Assembly: GCF_024521635.1 (NCBI RefSeq)
Contig: NW_026250437.1
Coordinates: 124,001-188,000 of the forward strand
Reading direction: 5' to 3'
Source: Tricharina praecox
Taxonomy: Eukaryota
DNA: 64,000 nucleotides
Each line of letters begins with the position of its first letter. Within the stretch, counting starts at the first letter, position 1. The notes under the pieces were generated by a model. The model ran no database searches, had not been told where the DNA came from, and worked only from the letters and a program-made list of their open reading frames with translations. The position numbers were made by a program, and so were the translations under genes. This document shows positions 11,758 through 25,713 of this stretch, in pieces.

Positions 11758-14003
11758 CTACCGCCCAAACTCAGGCTTAAAGGCCACAACCCCACCCTTC
11801 ATCACCTCCCTGAGCGCCATAGTCGCATAGCAACTCGTTCCCAACCTCATCCTTATGACAACCACCATCTCCTCCTCCTGCTCCTCCGTCTCCGTCGTCT
11901 GTACATCCTCCATCTTCTCATCCTCTCCCTCACGTTTCCTCTTCTCTCCAGCCTCCTCCGTGGCCTGCTTCCCCGCCTTTTTCTTACTCTCAATAATCTC
12001 CAGATCGGTGCTGACAACCTGCTCACCGAGCTTACACCTCCTGACCTCGTAGCTAATCTCATCATCGATAAAGTTACTCATGATCTTCCTATAACTACCC
12101 GTGAGCGAGTAGTCCCTCACGCTCCTTCGCATATCTCTAGGATCGAGCTGCTCCGCCGCCATAATCTCCTTGTACACCGCCATCAACTCCGGATTGGCGG
12201 GGTACTCGATATCCCAGCCGGGCGAGGGAAGAACGACATCGGTAATAGCGAACCTCCCACTCGCGGCCTCCTCAGCAGAGAGCGCTCTCGCGCGCTGGAT
12301 CCCATCGCCGCCGACGTCAGCCGAGTCAACGGGCGCGATAACCACCTCGCCGTCCTGATCGACCTCCTCGACAGGTGCAGGTTTCTTCTGTTCGGCGAGG
12401 ACGAGGTCGCCGGGCAGTACAGCGGTGCGCGACATCCGCAGCCTCGCCGACGTAACGTGATTCCACACGAAGCTCTGGTACGCGTGCGCGTACATGATTC
12501 TCAGCGAGCGGGGGATCGCCTGCATGGCGCCGAGGTAGTCGAGGCCCTTGCCCTTGCCGTCGCCGGGCATGCCGCGCTCCGCGAAGTACCGGAGGATTGC
12601 CGACTCGGCGACGAATTTGCGCGGCATGGTCGACGAGGCCCGCGAGAAATCGTACGTGTCGTGGTAGATCTTGCAGGCTTCCGCGCGCTCCCGGTCGTCG
12701 CGCGAGAATTTGTTTTCGTTCTCCACAGGCTGGTCGCAGAGTAAGGCGTTGTAGCTTAGGATCTTGTCCACGGCCCCGCGCCAGTCCCCGCGCAGCAGGT
12801 ACACGCCGATGTCGGACGTGGTGACGTCGAAGGAGCCGAAGCGCTGCAGGCCGTAGTAGTTCGCGAAGCCGGAGCGCTTGACCGCGTCGACGCAGGTCTT
12901 GACGGCGGCTTCGAGCGTGACGCTGGCGTCAAGGCTCTGTGCCTGCCGGAGGGTGATGACGAATTCGTTGCCTTTCAAGTCGCCCAGAGATAGGCCGTAC
13001 GGCTTGTATTCAAAATCCCCCAGACGCGCACCTCGCAGGCCGTGTTCGCCACCGTTGTTCAAGCCAGCCAACCTATCCGCCCTGATCATATGCGCCGCAC
13101 ATTTCTGCGCCGTCACAGCCCGCCGATCCTTCGTCCCCGCAAACGAAAACGCCTTCCCGCCACTCTTCAGCTTCAACAGCCTCGCCAGGAGATTCAGCAC
13201 CTCCATCGTATCGCGGTTCTCCTTGTACAGGGTGAAATGGCAATACTCGCCGCCGAGCTCCTCGAACCCCCCCGGCTTCTTGTGGTTCTTCCCGCCGCGA
13301 CGCGAGCGCCGCCGATCGTTTTCGAGCGCCTGGACACTACCTCGCTGGATGGAGATGCACGGCGGATCGTCGCTCGTCGCCTCGGTCACAAGCTTGCTGT
13401 TGAACAGCGTGCGGATCAACGCGTGGAATGCCGACCGCGAGTCCTTGTTATCCATGGGCGGCGTCGTGACGTCGGCCGCCTTGCCCGGCGCACATCGCGC
13501 CAGCTCGATGATCGCCGCTGCGGTGTCCGCAGGAACGAACGCAGCGAGCTGTTCCGCCGCGGTATCCGGCGTCTTCTACACACCCATCAGCATCTCTTCG
13601 CCAGAAAAACCCCAATCGCACGCACCTCCACAGCCACCTTCTCCCCCACCTCCGCCACAGCCGCCGCGGTAGGCTTAGCATTAGTCGTCTCCCTCTTCCT
13701 ATTCATATTCGCATTCTTCCCCTCCTCGCCACCACGGTCCGCCTGCGCCGGCGGCCTCGTGTTGACAAGATGCACCACCCTCCCAGCCTGATCGACCTCA
13801 TTGACGAGGAAATCGGAGTATCGCTGCTTCAGCACGCCCGACCACGCGGGTAAGGTGGGATTGACATATTCGGTGATTCCGACGGCGATTTCGGCGGCGG
13901 ATTGCGGGATTGCTGTTGTGCTCGAGGCAGTGGTGGTAGTGGAGGCGAGGGGCGCTGGAGACGGGGACGAGAGGCGCGCCTTTTTTGGAGGTGGGGTGGA
14001 CAT
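11758..14003 (-). CDS. PUS7: Pseudouridine synthase TruD/Pus7
   Basis: GVLKQRYSDFLVNE, FTLYKENRDT, AGTKDRRAVT (catalytic Asp), LGDLKGNEF, GFANYYGLQRFG, HAYQSFVWN and YATMALRE. Intron 13576-13625. Confidence 0.95.
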
Positions 14004-16842
14004 GGTGTGCTGTGCTGAGGTGTGGTGGGGTGCGGTGGGGTGCGGTGGGGTGCGGAACCGTGGTCAGGCGTGAACGTGGAAGGACGTGAAGGTTCGGTTT
14101 GGCGTGGTTGGAACTTGGGACGCGGAGCCGCAGGCAGGCAGGCAGGCTAAGATATGCTTATGGACTATCACTCGCCATTGAGTATAATGAATACATAGAC
14201 GTTCGAGTACGTAGCAGCAAAAGGAAGAGGCTGCGCATGCGGGGCTTTGCTTCGCTCTCGAATAGCTGGTAGTTTGCTTTTCCCCGCGCCGTTCAAGCTC
14301 GATTCTGAATACCGGCTGAGTGATATCCCGTGCCTGGTCAACACGAGCGATGACCATGTTCATGTTCATGTACTCTACAAAGATGTCACGCGTGGGACTG
14401 AAGTGAATATTTGTTGAGAATACGAGTGTGATATTATCCAGTTGCTTTATTCATTTGCAAAACACAGCGGATGACCAGCTAGGTAGGTACATAGACATAC
14501 GTACCAGACAGAAGCAGGAGCAGAAGCAGAAGCAGAAGCAGAAACAAGTATGAGAATAAACAGGATTCTCGCGGCGCACTCGCGGCGCACTCGAGGAGGC
14601 GCAAATGAGGCGCATATGACCAATCTGACAAATGTGCAATATCTGGGAGGAGTGATGACGGTGGCTTTTCAACGAGGATCGCAACAATATTGACTCGATG
14701 CCGTGGGACTCTCGAGGTGTCGTACGTATTGATGGCAACGGTATATAGCAACCGCAATAGTTGGCTGGTCGGTCCGAATTCGATAATCCGCCTACAAAGC
14801 GCTTGGGTATTTGGGCTCCGATGGCGATAACTAACCGGAACCAATGCCAGTCCGGGTCATGGTCATGCCGAGAGCGATGGCTCTGTCAAGTTTCAACCGG
14901 GTCCGGAGATTAGAGTTACGGCCCGCACCGGGAGGGATTCGGATACTTGGGAAGCAGCTCCAATTTGTATCAGTCGGTACTCTACATACCTAGACTTCAA
15001 TGAAGATTGGAAGGGGGTACCTAGGATAGCTAATGCCTACCGACGAGTGACTGTACATACTGCATGTATCGAGAGGCTTTAAAATTGCCGACGCACCCAG
15101 GTATGTAGAGTACGGTATCATGCCTGTTGTTTGGGATGATGGGATCCCCAACATTAGAGATCCTGGAAATCGGGTTTAGTAATCACCCGGTCGACAATGC
15201 AATTGTCCTCTTTCGGATAACTCGCTTCCACCGGCTGCAGCTGCCCATATATTCCCGGTTGTTCCATATTTCAGGGTGTCGGCGTTGGGGTCCCGTTCGG
15301 CGTTGAGTGGGCCTGAGTATGTGCGGACTGATGCCTACGCTCACCGGATTACCTCCGTGCCCCCCGTGCCGCACGCCGGTCCCGGTCTCCAGGGCGATGC
15401 TTTCCGGAATGTTCGGCTGTTGCATCGGCAATGTCAAATACGGCAGATAACCAGTTAACTACCGGTATCGAGATTATGCTTCCTGCTCGGGTTCGTTGCA
15501 ATGTTTGCCGCCACACAGCTGCAGCCGCCCCCCATCGACACTGAAACACACGATATCCATGCAGGCGCCAAGAAGCCTGCCTACACCGGACTGTGCACGC
15601 CGCTGGGGGCTTGACGCCTTGACTCTCATTTCGTTGGTGAGAAGTACCGTAGTGCGGTCACATGCGCCGTGCGTCCGCCCACATAATCGACCGCGCTCCC
15701 TCCCTCTCTCTCGGAAGCTGGCGGCCGTCCGAGTGCTGGATCGCGCCGAATGGAACTCCGCATGTTCAGTTCCGGTTGTTCCTCCAACTTACGTAACCAG
15801 GGGGTTCCTTTGACTGCGGCGGATGGCGGCGACTCGAAGCCCGCAGATCAACCAGGACGGTGTGCCTGCCAAGCAACGGATAGGGCGTGGGCTTGGAATT
15901 CACATGCAGCGAACCGCAGGGCTCCTTGTTTCATCTGCGGACAAATTTCTTCTCGACTGCCAACGCCTGGCGCCCAACCAGTCGTGGTCTGGCGGCAGAC
16001 CGCCAGCAAGTTACACACCAGAACTGACGGTACTACGTGGTATGTATCTGACGTGCCGCCCAGCATCGAGAACTTGATTTCTGATCATGTCGCTCTTTTC
16101 TCTCGCTGGCGGCAACGCTGTGGGACGACCATGCGCTCCATGGATGCTCTCGGAAGCACTTCTAAGTTCTGGATCTGAGTGGCATCACCGTAGCTGGGAT
16201 CTATTTTGGATTCCCTGTGTTTACTCTGCTGTTCTCGTCAACGCTGTGGCCCCGGGTGACCCCCAATGTGTTTCCCGAGGCCTTCGTTCGGCCACCGGAT
16301 TGTTCCCAGAGACTTTGATTCGGCCATTTCCTCTTTCGAACGGTGATGTGGAGTACTTAGCGCAGTGTACTGTTCGTTCCTGGCTTGGGGTGGCTTTTTT
16401 TGGATGCTTGGCATGCAGCTTGCCTCGTTCGGGACGTGCTCAGCTCCGCCGCCCGCGCGGCCAGGGCCAAAACGTCCGGCAGGGGGAGTCCGCATCTGCC
16501 AGGGCATGCATTCCTCCATGGTGCGGCCACTCTATGGCCCTTGGGTCTGTGCAACCATTCAAAGTCCGCCTCCTTATATCACACACTCCTCTCTTCTCTT
16601 CCGCTTACATCCGTTCCTCTTCTTATACGACTCCCCTTCCTCTCCCTCACCTCCATCATCACTACCACCACCACATTGACGAATCGCCGTCACCCACAGT
16701 CGCTCAATAATCCCATCCACAGTCCTTTTTTATTCGAGTCCCGATAGACCCACTCTTTATATCTGTCCGGAGTCCCACAGCTTTCTAGTCCGCCGTCGAA
16801 CAGAAATTACCCACCTTCTGATATCAAAAAACATCCCACAAC

Positions 16843-17867
16843 ATGAAGTTCTCCGTCCCCGCCATCTTCTTGGCCTTCGCCGCCGCCGCATCGGCTGCCC
16901 CCACAACCAGCTACTTCGCCGGGTTCAACTTGGGCCACACGCATAAGAGCGGTAGCTGCAAGACCACCGCGGCATGGACTCAAGAATTTAAGAAGATCAA
17001 GTCCTGGAGCACCGGTGGCAAGGGAACCTTCAACACCGTCAAGCTGTTCTCCACCAACGACTGCAACGCCCTTGAGATGGCCGTGCCGGCTGCTAAGGCT
17101 GCTGGTGTCAAGATCTGGGTTGGTGCGTTATCGGTCTCCCATCCCGGTGGAGAAGTTCTTTGCTGACGGGATGTAAAGGTGTTTGGAACACTCCCGAGGA
17201 CAAGTTCAATGCCGAGAAGGCTGCTCTTGAGAGAGCCCTGAAGGCGCACCCCGACACGGCTAAGTGGCTTGCCGGAATCAACGTCGGCTCCGAGAGTTTG
17301 TACCGCAAGGACGTTCAGCCTTGGAGACTGGCCGAGCAGATCTACGGTTAGTCTTATGATCCTCTTTGCCATGCGAGAGTGCTCTACTGACGATGGATTC
17401 TAGACGTCAAGGGAATGGTCCAGACCGCGTACAAGTCCCCCAACACCCCCGTCGGTACTGCCGATACCTGGACGATGTGGGTTGATGGCGCCAACGCCGC
17501 CGTGATCAAGGCCTGCGATGTTGTTCTCATGAACGGCTTCCCGTACTGGCAGGGCGCCACCATCGGCGAGTCGCTCGGAAAGTTCAAGGATGCCATTACC
17601 AACACCCGCAACGCCGTCGGAATTAACAAGCCCTTCGTCATCGGCGAGACCGGCCACCCCACCAAGGGCGACAACTTCGGCAATGCCGTCGCTTCCGTCC
17701 AGAACGCTGCCGCCTACTGGAAGGCCGCCGCTTGCTACCTCCAGACCACCAACATCCCGTGGCTCTGGTTCTCCGGCTTCGATGAGCCCAACAAGTCTGG
17801 TACCATCGAGCAGAACTTTGGTGTTGCTCTCAGCAACCAGCCCCTCAAGTTCAGCCTGAAGTGCTAA
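16843..17867 (+). CDS. Secreted glycoside hydrolase family 17 beta-1,3-glucanase/glucanosyltransferase (Bgl2/EglC-like)
   Basis: Signal peptide MKFSVPAIFLAFAAAASA; INVGSESLYR, VGTADTW, NGFPYWQG, IGETGHPT, FDEP and EQNFGV. Introns 17123-17178 and 17347-17403. Confidence 0.93.
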
Positions 17868-19329
17868 ATGTTTTTGAGTCGTGTGCTTGGTGGGTGGGTG
17901 TTTTGGCTTTGCTTTATTAGACGGGGGTTTTGGAATGCCTGAGGCCCCCCCTGGGTCGTTACGTTAATCATTGCTTGCGCGCGTCGACGGATGGATTGGA
18001 AACGTTTCTTACGAGGGGTTTTTCATACCGTCCTTTTGGTAATAGAAGGGGGCGCTCGCTCGGGGGTAGTTAATTGTTAATTGACGCTGCGAGGGCTGGT
18101 TTGTGTCATACACTGAACCGTGAACTGTGAATCGTGATGTGATGTGATGTGATGTGATGTGTGCCATCTATGTCGTAGCATATACTCTAGCTTCCGCCCG
18201 GTGAAGGAAGGCTAACTAATTGATTAAAGTACGGGTGGGTACCTATTACTCCATTCCTTCGCTCTATGCATAACTTCTGCTATCATAGAAGTGAAGATTA
18301 TGGAAGATTCAGTCATGGCATTACCTAGGTTAAGATGTGATTCTAAAAGTTGGTGAGATCATAGATGCGGCGTAGTTAGCTGTCGTCGGATTTGAGACTT
18401 CCGCTGGTCTGGTGGTTAAACTAGGTAGGTAGGTAAGTTCTTGCCGTGACCTCTACGGCATTACATTGCAACACTCTTGGTTGTTAGAGTATAGTAGGTA
18501 CATGGGCAGGTTCAATTTGGTAGCGCATGATATGTAGATGGAGGAGGGAGGATGGAACTTCGGACATGGCATAGCATGGTCGGTATCTGTCTTGGTTGGC
18601 GTCATGGACATTGGATATCACTCGTGCCAGTGCAGGTGCATAGCTTCACTCGAGTACTAGGGTCTACCTAGGTAGTGCCGCCCGCTTCTACCAGCTGAAG
18701 ACAGGGCACGCCATCGTGGCGACGTACCTGAAGTGGATTAAGAAGCGGGGTGATGACCATTGCTGATGGTGCAATAGGCCTACCAAGCAGTCCCGGGAGC
18801 ACCTATTCAAAAACTGTTCACGGTGGAGAGGTCAACAGAAAGCCTTGTGGGCGAATGTCGGGAAGGAGACGGAGAGAAGGAAATAGAGGTGATCAATAGC
18901 GGAGCTGTTCGCCGACGAGCGGTGCAGCGAGGCGATACTAGAGTTTCTGGGAACGACGGATGTGGGGGAGAAAAGCTCCACCAGACCTGGAGGAGGAGGA
19001 TGAGGAGGAGGCAAGCATCGGATCGGGGGCAGAGCAAGAGTGTCCAGCAGGATACTGCGTCTGCGGCCGGTACGAGGAAGCAGGAGATGAGGATGGGCGG
19101 TGATATTTCTTGGTGCGATTTCATTTGTTATTTGTTTGGTAGGAAGCGGCGCCACATCGTGCTGGCTGGCAACTGGGTCCTAACTCCCGGCTCGCCAGAG
19201 TGGGCAGGAAAGGAGTGTGACGGTTCGCCATAGTCTAGATAGGCTGGATGCGAAATAAAACAGGAAGATCTCTCTCTTTTACTACCTAGGGCCTAGGTAG
19301 GTAGTATAAACCCGAGAACTACCTAGGTA

Positions 19330-19575
19330 GGGCCCGTATGGATGGCCTCAGTTTTCGGTTCCGGTCTAGGTACATAGAGCCAAATTCAGTTCCCTCGCCA
19401 GGGCCGGGACACCGAATACCTACCTCCTACCTACTGTTCAGTTTCAGTTTCCGGAAAACCTTGGGGTGTTCGAACTTCAAGCAGAGTGTTTGGCAGTTCT
19501 CAGTACCTACTATATACTCAGCCATGAGTCTGAATACCTAATAAGCTTCACCAGAACTTTAATGGTATGTACACA
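19330..19575. mobile_element. Truncated, inverted copy of the 5571-6007 MITE
   Basis: Begins gggcccgtatggatggcctcagtttt and aligns with the reverse complement of ~5815-6007 (gggacaccgaata, cagtttcagtttccgga, cagagtgtttggca, ctcagccat.agtctgaata, ccagaactttaat). Confidence 0.8.
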
Positions 19576-22500
19576 AATATCGTAAGGCTTGTGAATTTTT
19601 TCTTCTGCTTCATCATATCATATCATATCATTCAGTACTCGGCCGTGTCCGGCCATGCCAGTTCAAGCACGTAGTGATAGGTAGGCGCTCCGCGACTTGG
19701 ACTTGGGCTTCCGCCGGACAGGCCTCCAGCCATGACCACAGGATGGCTTTAATTTTCGGGATTCCAATTTTTTTCTCCCCGCAGCACGGGTGTGTTTATA
19801 CACCGATAACGGAACGAGTGATGGCTTGGAGGAGGAGTGGTCTGTACTAGGTACCTAGGTAGTACATGCGGGTACGCCGGGAAAGTCGGTATGTAGGCGT
19901 CGAGGATACTGTAGAGCTTTTTGTACAAGCATTGCTACTGCTAGGTTGGCAGTGAGGAAGTAGAAGGCGTTTGTGAGGGTGCCGGCGGCACGTGGTGTCG
20001 GTCAGTGAGAACGGAGAACGGCGTGGCGGCGGAGGAGAGAGCTTGGGAGACGCATCTTCCGGGGATGTAATGATGAGTCGGGAATCGAGAATCTTCGCTC
20101 ACGGCGCGCGGAGGTACTCCAGGAAGTGAAGTGCTCCACTTGGGGATCAACCCGGAGTCAGCCAGGATCTAATCCATCCAGATCATGACATCGGCCGGCC
20201 GGCTTCGAGTCGAGTTTGAGATTCATCCTGGGGACCATTAGCACTACCTACCTACATACCAGGAAGCCCCCGCGAAGTTAACCTTCTTCTTCTCGACCGG
20301 TTTGTCCCAGCACCATTCCATAGAGTAAATCCTTGAAGGCTGGAGCGCCTTCGCAGCTGCCCCAGGGACATCCTTCAACAGTCTCGGCAGCTGGGTAGCC
20401 ATGGGAACTGGACCGAATAGCCTCCAGCTGCAGGAAGACGTAGATTTCTTGGATTGCGGAGGGACGGACGACCGAGATCTCTCGGGGGCCTGCCGCCTGC
20501 GGAACATGTCAGATGTGTTTCCGGTGGGAGGATGGAGATCTGTGGGGATCTTTTCACTCACCTGTCCTGACGGAGTCACCATACTTCCAAATTCCGGTGC
20601 AAAAGCACCCGATGAACCAGGATAGGTACTGGTCACCAGGTGGCAGGTGGGCCTTAAAGACGGCAGCCGCTATCTACGAGCGTTTTGCATCCCGTATCCG
20701 CGATGCATTGGCGGTGAAGCAGATAGAATATATAGGTAGACCCCCGACATACGGAATATATCCGCCGGCGATCTGCTTGAGGCGCAAATCGTGCCCGTAC
20801 GGGATAATCGAGAAGTTGGAACTCACGGCCAGCGCTGCTGCTCCAACCGAGCGATACATGGTATTGGTGCACTCTGGCAGGGCACTCATCGTGAGGTCAG
20901 TGCTGAAGGATTCGGAAGGCGGACTGGTGGCACGGAGGGCGGAACGGGGGAAGATATGGCTTGCTATAGACGACTTGGGTACTCGAAGTTGGTACGTCCG
21001 CTCTGCAGAGCCAGTAGGTATCAGCTATCGTCTCGCAGAGCACCTACAATAGAGTACATCCGTCAAATGGCTGCGTCACTATCAGTTCCTAGATGTACAG
21101 TGGACACTGAAGAGCCAGATGCCCGGAGGGAGATCCGAGAGTTCGATGCATGCGCCAGAAGCCGGGGAGCTCAGACGTACCCGGTCTTAGATTGGTTGGA
21201 CGGTGTGTGGAGGAGTTCACTCCACAAATTTCATCTATTCCCCACACTTGCCGTTTCCGCTGGTTGTCTATCGGACACGTGGAATACTAACACTCTATAG
21301 CCGATTTCATGAACCAGCAGGATTTTGTGCGCCTCCGTGGTGAAGACGAAGACTCCTAATCACTCGAGCAGGAAGTACTTGGTATCTGTAGAATAGTACA
21401 TTGGCCAGGTGAAAGATTGTTTTGCAGGTCTGTTAGCAATGATACCTACAGCTTCTACAGACCCCACCTATGTAAGTATCTAGCGACACAGCGGATCGCC
21501 AAATACTCCAAATGCTGGGTACAGCGGCGCCGCGGTAATTTAGCGAAACCAGGGCAATTCTTTGTCACTTCGTGAAGGGTTTCTCCGAATTCCTCATCCA
21601 ACGAGGAAGCTCTGGATCATCCTGAACGGGGTTCGCCGCTGGTTAGGCCCAATAACGAAGCTGAAGGATATGACACGCCCACCTCTCAGGGTCATCAGCC
21701 GACAGAGGATCGTACTCCCCGCGCTCGGCTAGAAGCTGGCGCCCTATGTACCCGGCCAGGACTCAGACGATTCTTCGGCACCACCGACAGGTACCGTACA
21801 TACTGGTTCTTCGACGGTGGGCTGGATGGTAAGTTGATTATTGATAACCGTGGCAATATCCGACGATTTGTATGTACATAATGTACTTAGGCACGACCGC
21901 CCGGAATTGTATGTAAGTGAAGGGTATGTAACTGACAGTTTGTGCCATCGGGTCCAATCACATCTTCAAGCCTAAGCTGCTTGGCCATGCATGCAAAGTG
22001 CGTAATTAGCGATGTCACTGTTTACATTGCATCCACGTGGGAAAAGAAAGGAAAGAAACGTGGAACATATCAGGGGTAACTATAATTCTGCACTCATGTT
22101 ACCTTTCTGCTTGGGATTAAGTGCACTGTGCACGTACATACACAGGTATATCTATTCAGATCTATGATGAGAGTGATCCTACAGCCGGCGACTCCGAAGC
22201 CGCTCAAGCTCTCGTCTAATTCGACAGCGGCCAAGGTAGGTACGTAGGGGAATTCTTCTGGAATGTGTGTGGCTTCGTTCGCGGCAGTAGCGGATAGAGA
22301 TATGTATAAAGCCGGCACCGGGTCGGACTGCAGTCTCATCCGCTGGTGGTTGAGAACTACCTATTGCTGAGCAGTCCGTCCAATCTGAAAAGATCTGAGG
22401 ATTAGCTATTAGTCAGGCATAACCAGATCCACCGACGGCAAGATCCGTCCTGTACCTTTAATACCACTATATAACCCTTCTTCTCCTTCTCCTTGCTACT

Positions 22501-24281
22501 AGTAGATACCTAGTACCAGTTAGTCCCGGAATCGGTCAGACTGTTTCGTGCGTCGAGTCCCTTCTTAGGGAGAGCCTGGATGAAAAACCAGGCAACTACT
22601 AGTAACAGAAGTCAGTATACATACACCTCCCGAAAATGTACCACAGGTGCCCTCCTCTGTGGTTGCAAACGAGTAATATAGTAGAGTACGTCAGCCCCTG
22701 GGTGGTGCATTTAGGCACAGTATCTTTCTTAGCTCGGGTGAGCCAGCCAGCGATGTCGGGATGTGGACACCGGTGATGATCAAGAACAAAGGATCCAGTC
22801 GGCCTCGAGAATCGCACATTGCTCTCGAGCAAGACTTGCAATGCACTAGAATTCCACCCGTACCGGTGGACGTATGTACCGGACGGCACGCAGCCTTCTA
22901 TGGCATATATTGTAGAGATCCAATCCTTCGCAACCCTATTGACCCCCCGGTGTTCCAGTGGATACCCTAGAGCACCTAGATACCGGTATGTCAGCGCCGG
23001 ATTAATCGTGGGCTTCTTTTGGCTCATCCACCTAGGTACCGTAGCTGGTGTTCGAGATATAAGGTCAGCCCTAAAGAAAGCGTGTATGTAGGACTCACGG
23101 AACCACTGCAGGACGAAGAGTGGGAATGCCGGTTCCCGGCAAGAGATATGAGCGCCAGAGTTGCCTCAGGGTGCGGTTCATCCAGTCGTTTTACCTCTTC
23201 GCCCTGGCCGGTAGTTGTACTCGGTAGGTATCGTAGGTGTGTAGGCAGAAGGAACGGCGACGCCGGGCCGTCGTGTGAGCAGTCAATCCAAGCGGGACCC
23301 ATTGTGCAGGCTGACATCTCTCCTTCTGCGAATGATGGATGATTTTCGCGGTGTGTTGCACGGCTCGCCTGAAGTTATGCACGGCGAGGACGCCCACATG
23401 GACCATTCACGACCTTTATCCTACATATACGTACACAATCCCTCAATCCTTCAGGAATAGCGCAAGTCCTACAGGCCTACTGAGTTACCTACCTGGATCA
23501 CTGCCACCGCAAGACACTACGAAGCTGTTTTATAGCCGGCGGCTTTCCCGCGAACTTGATCTCCAGTGGATCGGATCTCTGGGGAACCGAATCTTCATAT
23601 TCCCCATACTCATAGTTAGAACCCATCCTCCCCACCCTCCCCACCCCCCAATCCTTCCCTCCCTGCAGGTGTTTGAGAAAGCGGACCCCATGGCCGACTA
23701 GTCCGTATCTACCACTTGAATGCGCATGTAATGGGATTAAACGCTCAGGATATAGGTACCAATGATCCGCCAGGGCGGCACTCGAACCTTCAGCCGGGGG
23801 CGAGGTTCGAACGCATCAAGTACATACCCCCTACATATCGCGACCAAGAGCTGAACTTTTACCCATACCCACCGACGCGTTCGCTTGCGGGTTATCTCTC
23901 CTTAGAGTACCCCGCACTCTGCTCAGGAACTTATTTGATCAGCAAGACCCCCGAAAGGCTGTACGTATTGTACATTGCTGCTGCTACGACTAGTACATAC
24001 TACTCACCCCCAGTTCGACGCTCACTTATGCTCGTTTTCCGACAAATAACGTTCACGAACCGGCCTGTTACATATACTACGTAATCTCTGAATCGGTGCC
24101 TGCGCTTGGGCTATCCGGACGGCTATATACACACACACACGAGTGATACCATATCGTGCACTGCGGCAGGGACTCCAATCCACACGAATAATCGAAACGT
24201 CTCGACGGAAGGCGCAGTTGGCGCACAAGGCTGGGGACGACAAACAGCGGCGATAGTAGTCGTAGGCTACATCAATCGAAA

Positions 24282-25713
24282 ATGGACAGTCGGCCGTCAC
24301 CACCACCAAACTCAACTCAAGGACCGGCACCCCAGGACTACGGCCATGGACTCTCCCGCTCTCTGGTGACGACCGCGTACGCCGTATCCATACTCCTGTT
24401 CGTCATTGGTACCATTTCGATTATCCTGAGGATATACTCCAGGGCGGTCGTGGTAAGGCTATTTGGTCTGGACGATTGGTTGATGACAAGTATTCTCGTG
24501 GGTCTATCTGTGCTATGGGTGGCGACGATAGTGGCTGATGAAAGGGGGATAGGTCTTTCATTCTGGGCAACATGCTATCCTCATGCTCTTCTTGCATTAT
24601 GGGGCGGGATTGTAAGTCTGCTCTTCGCGGTCAACGGGGATCCATTCAACTAACCTTCGTGATCAGACATAACAGTGTGCTGATGGAAACGGACCCCGGA
24701 AGTCTCGCCGTTCTCCCCAAGGTCCTCCTCGCCGAACAATTCTATTATGCATTTATGCAATTCATCATCAAGATGTGCATCCTAGCGTTCTACCTGCGCC
24801 TCTCACCACTCCAGACATTCCGCAGAGCCGTGTATGGTACCATGGCACTCAATACCGTCTGCACGGTCGTGATCTGGCTGGTGTACTGTTTGCAGTGCAT
24901 ACCTTTGAAAGGGTTCTGGGCTCCGACCGTCAAGGCGAAGTGCTTGCCGCCATTGTTCTTGAACTTTTTTCCGGCGTCGCTGGTAGGAACCCTTCGAGCT
25001 TTTCTCGGCTTCGCACAGAGGGTGCTGACAGAATGGTGCAGAACATCGCAACCGACGTCGTCATCTTCATCTTGCCTTTGCCAACACTGTTCAAACTCCA
25101 GACTAGCCTCAGACGGCGGGTTGCGGTGATGTCGATAATGAGCGTCGGCGGCATCTCCCTGATCGTGTCTTGTCTCCGACTCATCGTGTATGCCCCCCCG
25201 CGCCCTCTCTCTCTCTTTCTCCCGATCGTTCCTCCTTTCCGGTCAGCATCAATACTAACTCCGGGACCTAGCCTCCACCAATTCGCCGCCGACCTAGACT
25301 TTGCCTACCTCCTGGGCAAAATGGTGATCATGTCTGCTGCCGAGCTCGAGACGATGATCGTAGCGGCGAACATCCCGTCCTACAAAGCGCTCTGGGTGCA
25401 CGGTCTAGGGTGGAAAGTCTTCTGGGGCAGTACTCGGAACGAGAGCACCGGTGGAGCCCAGAAGCTCAGCGGGTACGAGCTCACGCACCACAGCCGGCTG
25501 CGCGCGCCCACGAAAGAGATCGGAATCGACACCGAGATCGGCCTGCACGATTCCCAGGAAGAGCTGTGTAAGAATGAAGCGGCGGCGGCGAGGGCAGGCG
25601 GCATACAGGTCTCGAGAGACTTCACCGTCACGAGTGATAGGTGTGGAGAGAGGGACGCGGCGAAGTTGGATAAAGAGAGGAATCGAGCGTATTATGATGT
25701 CGGCAATAGTTGA
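24282..25713 (+). CDS. PTH11-like (rhodopsin-domain, non-CFEM) integral membrane protein
   Basis: LRIYSR...FGLDDWLM, IKMCILAFYLRL, QCIPLKGFW...C, NIATDVVIFILPLP and ANIPS. Introns 24498-24552, 24612-24666, 24983-25041 and 25188-25271 keep the frame. Confidence 0.9.

Noticed and set aside
11665..13791. Long + strand ORFs (359, 264 and 249 aa)
   Set aside because: Antisense to PUS7; expected from GC-rich codon bias, with no recognisable motifs.
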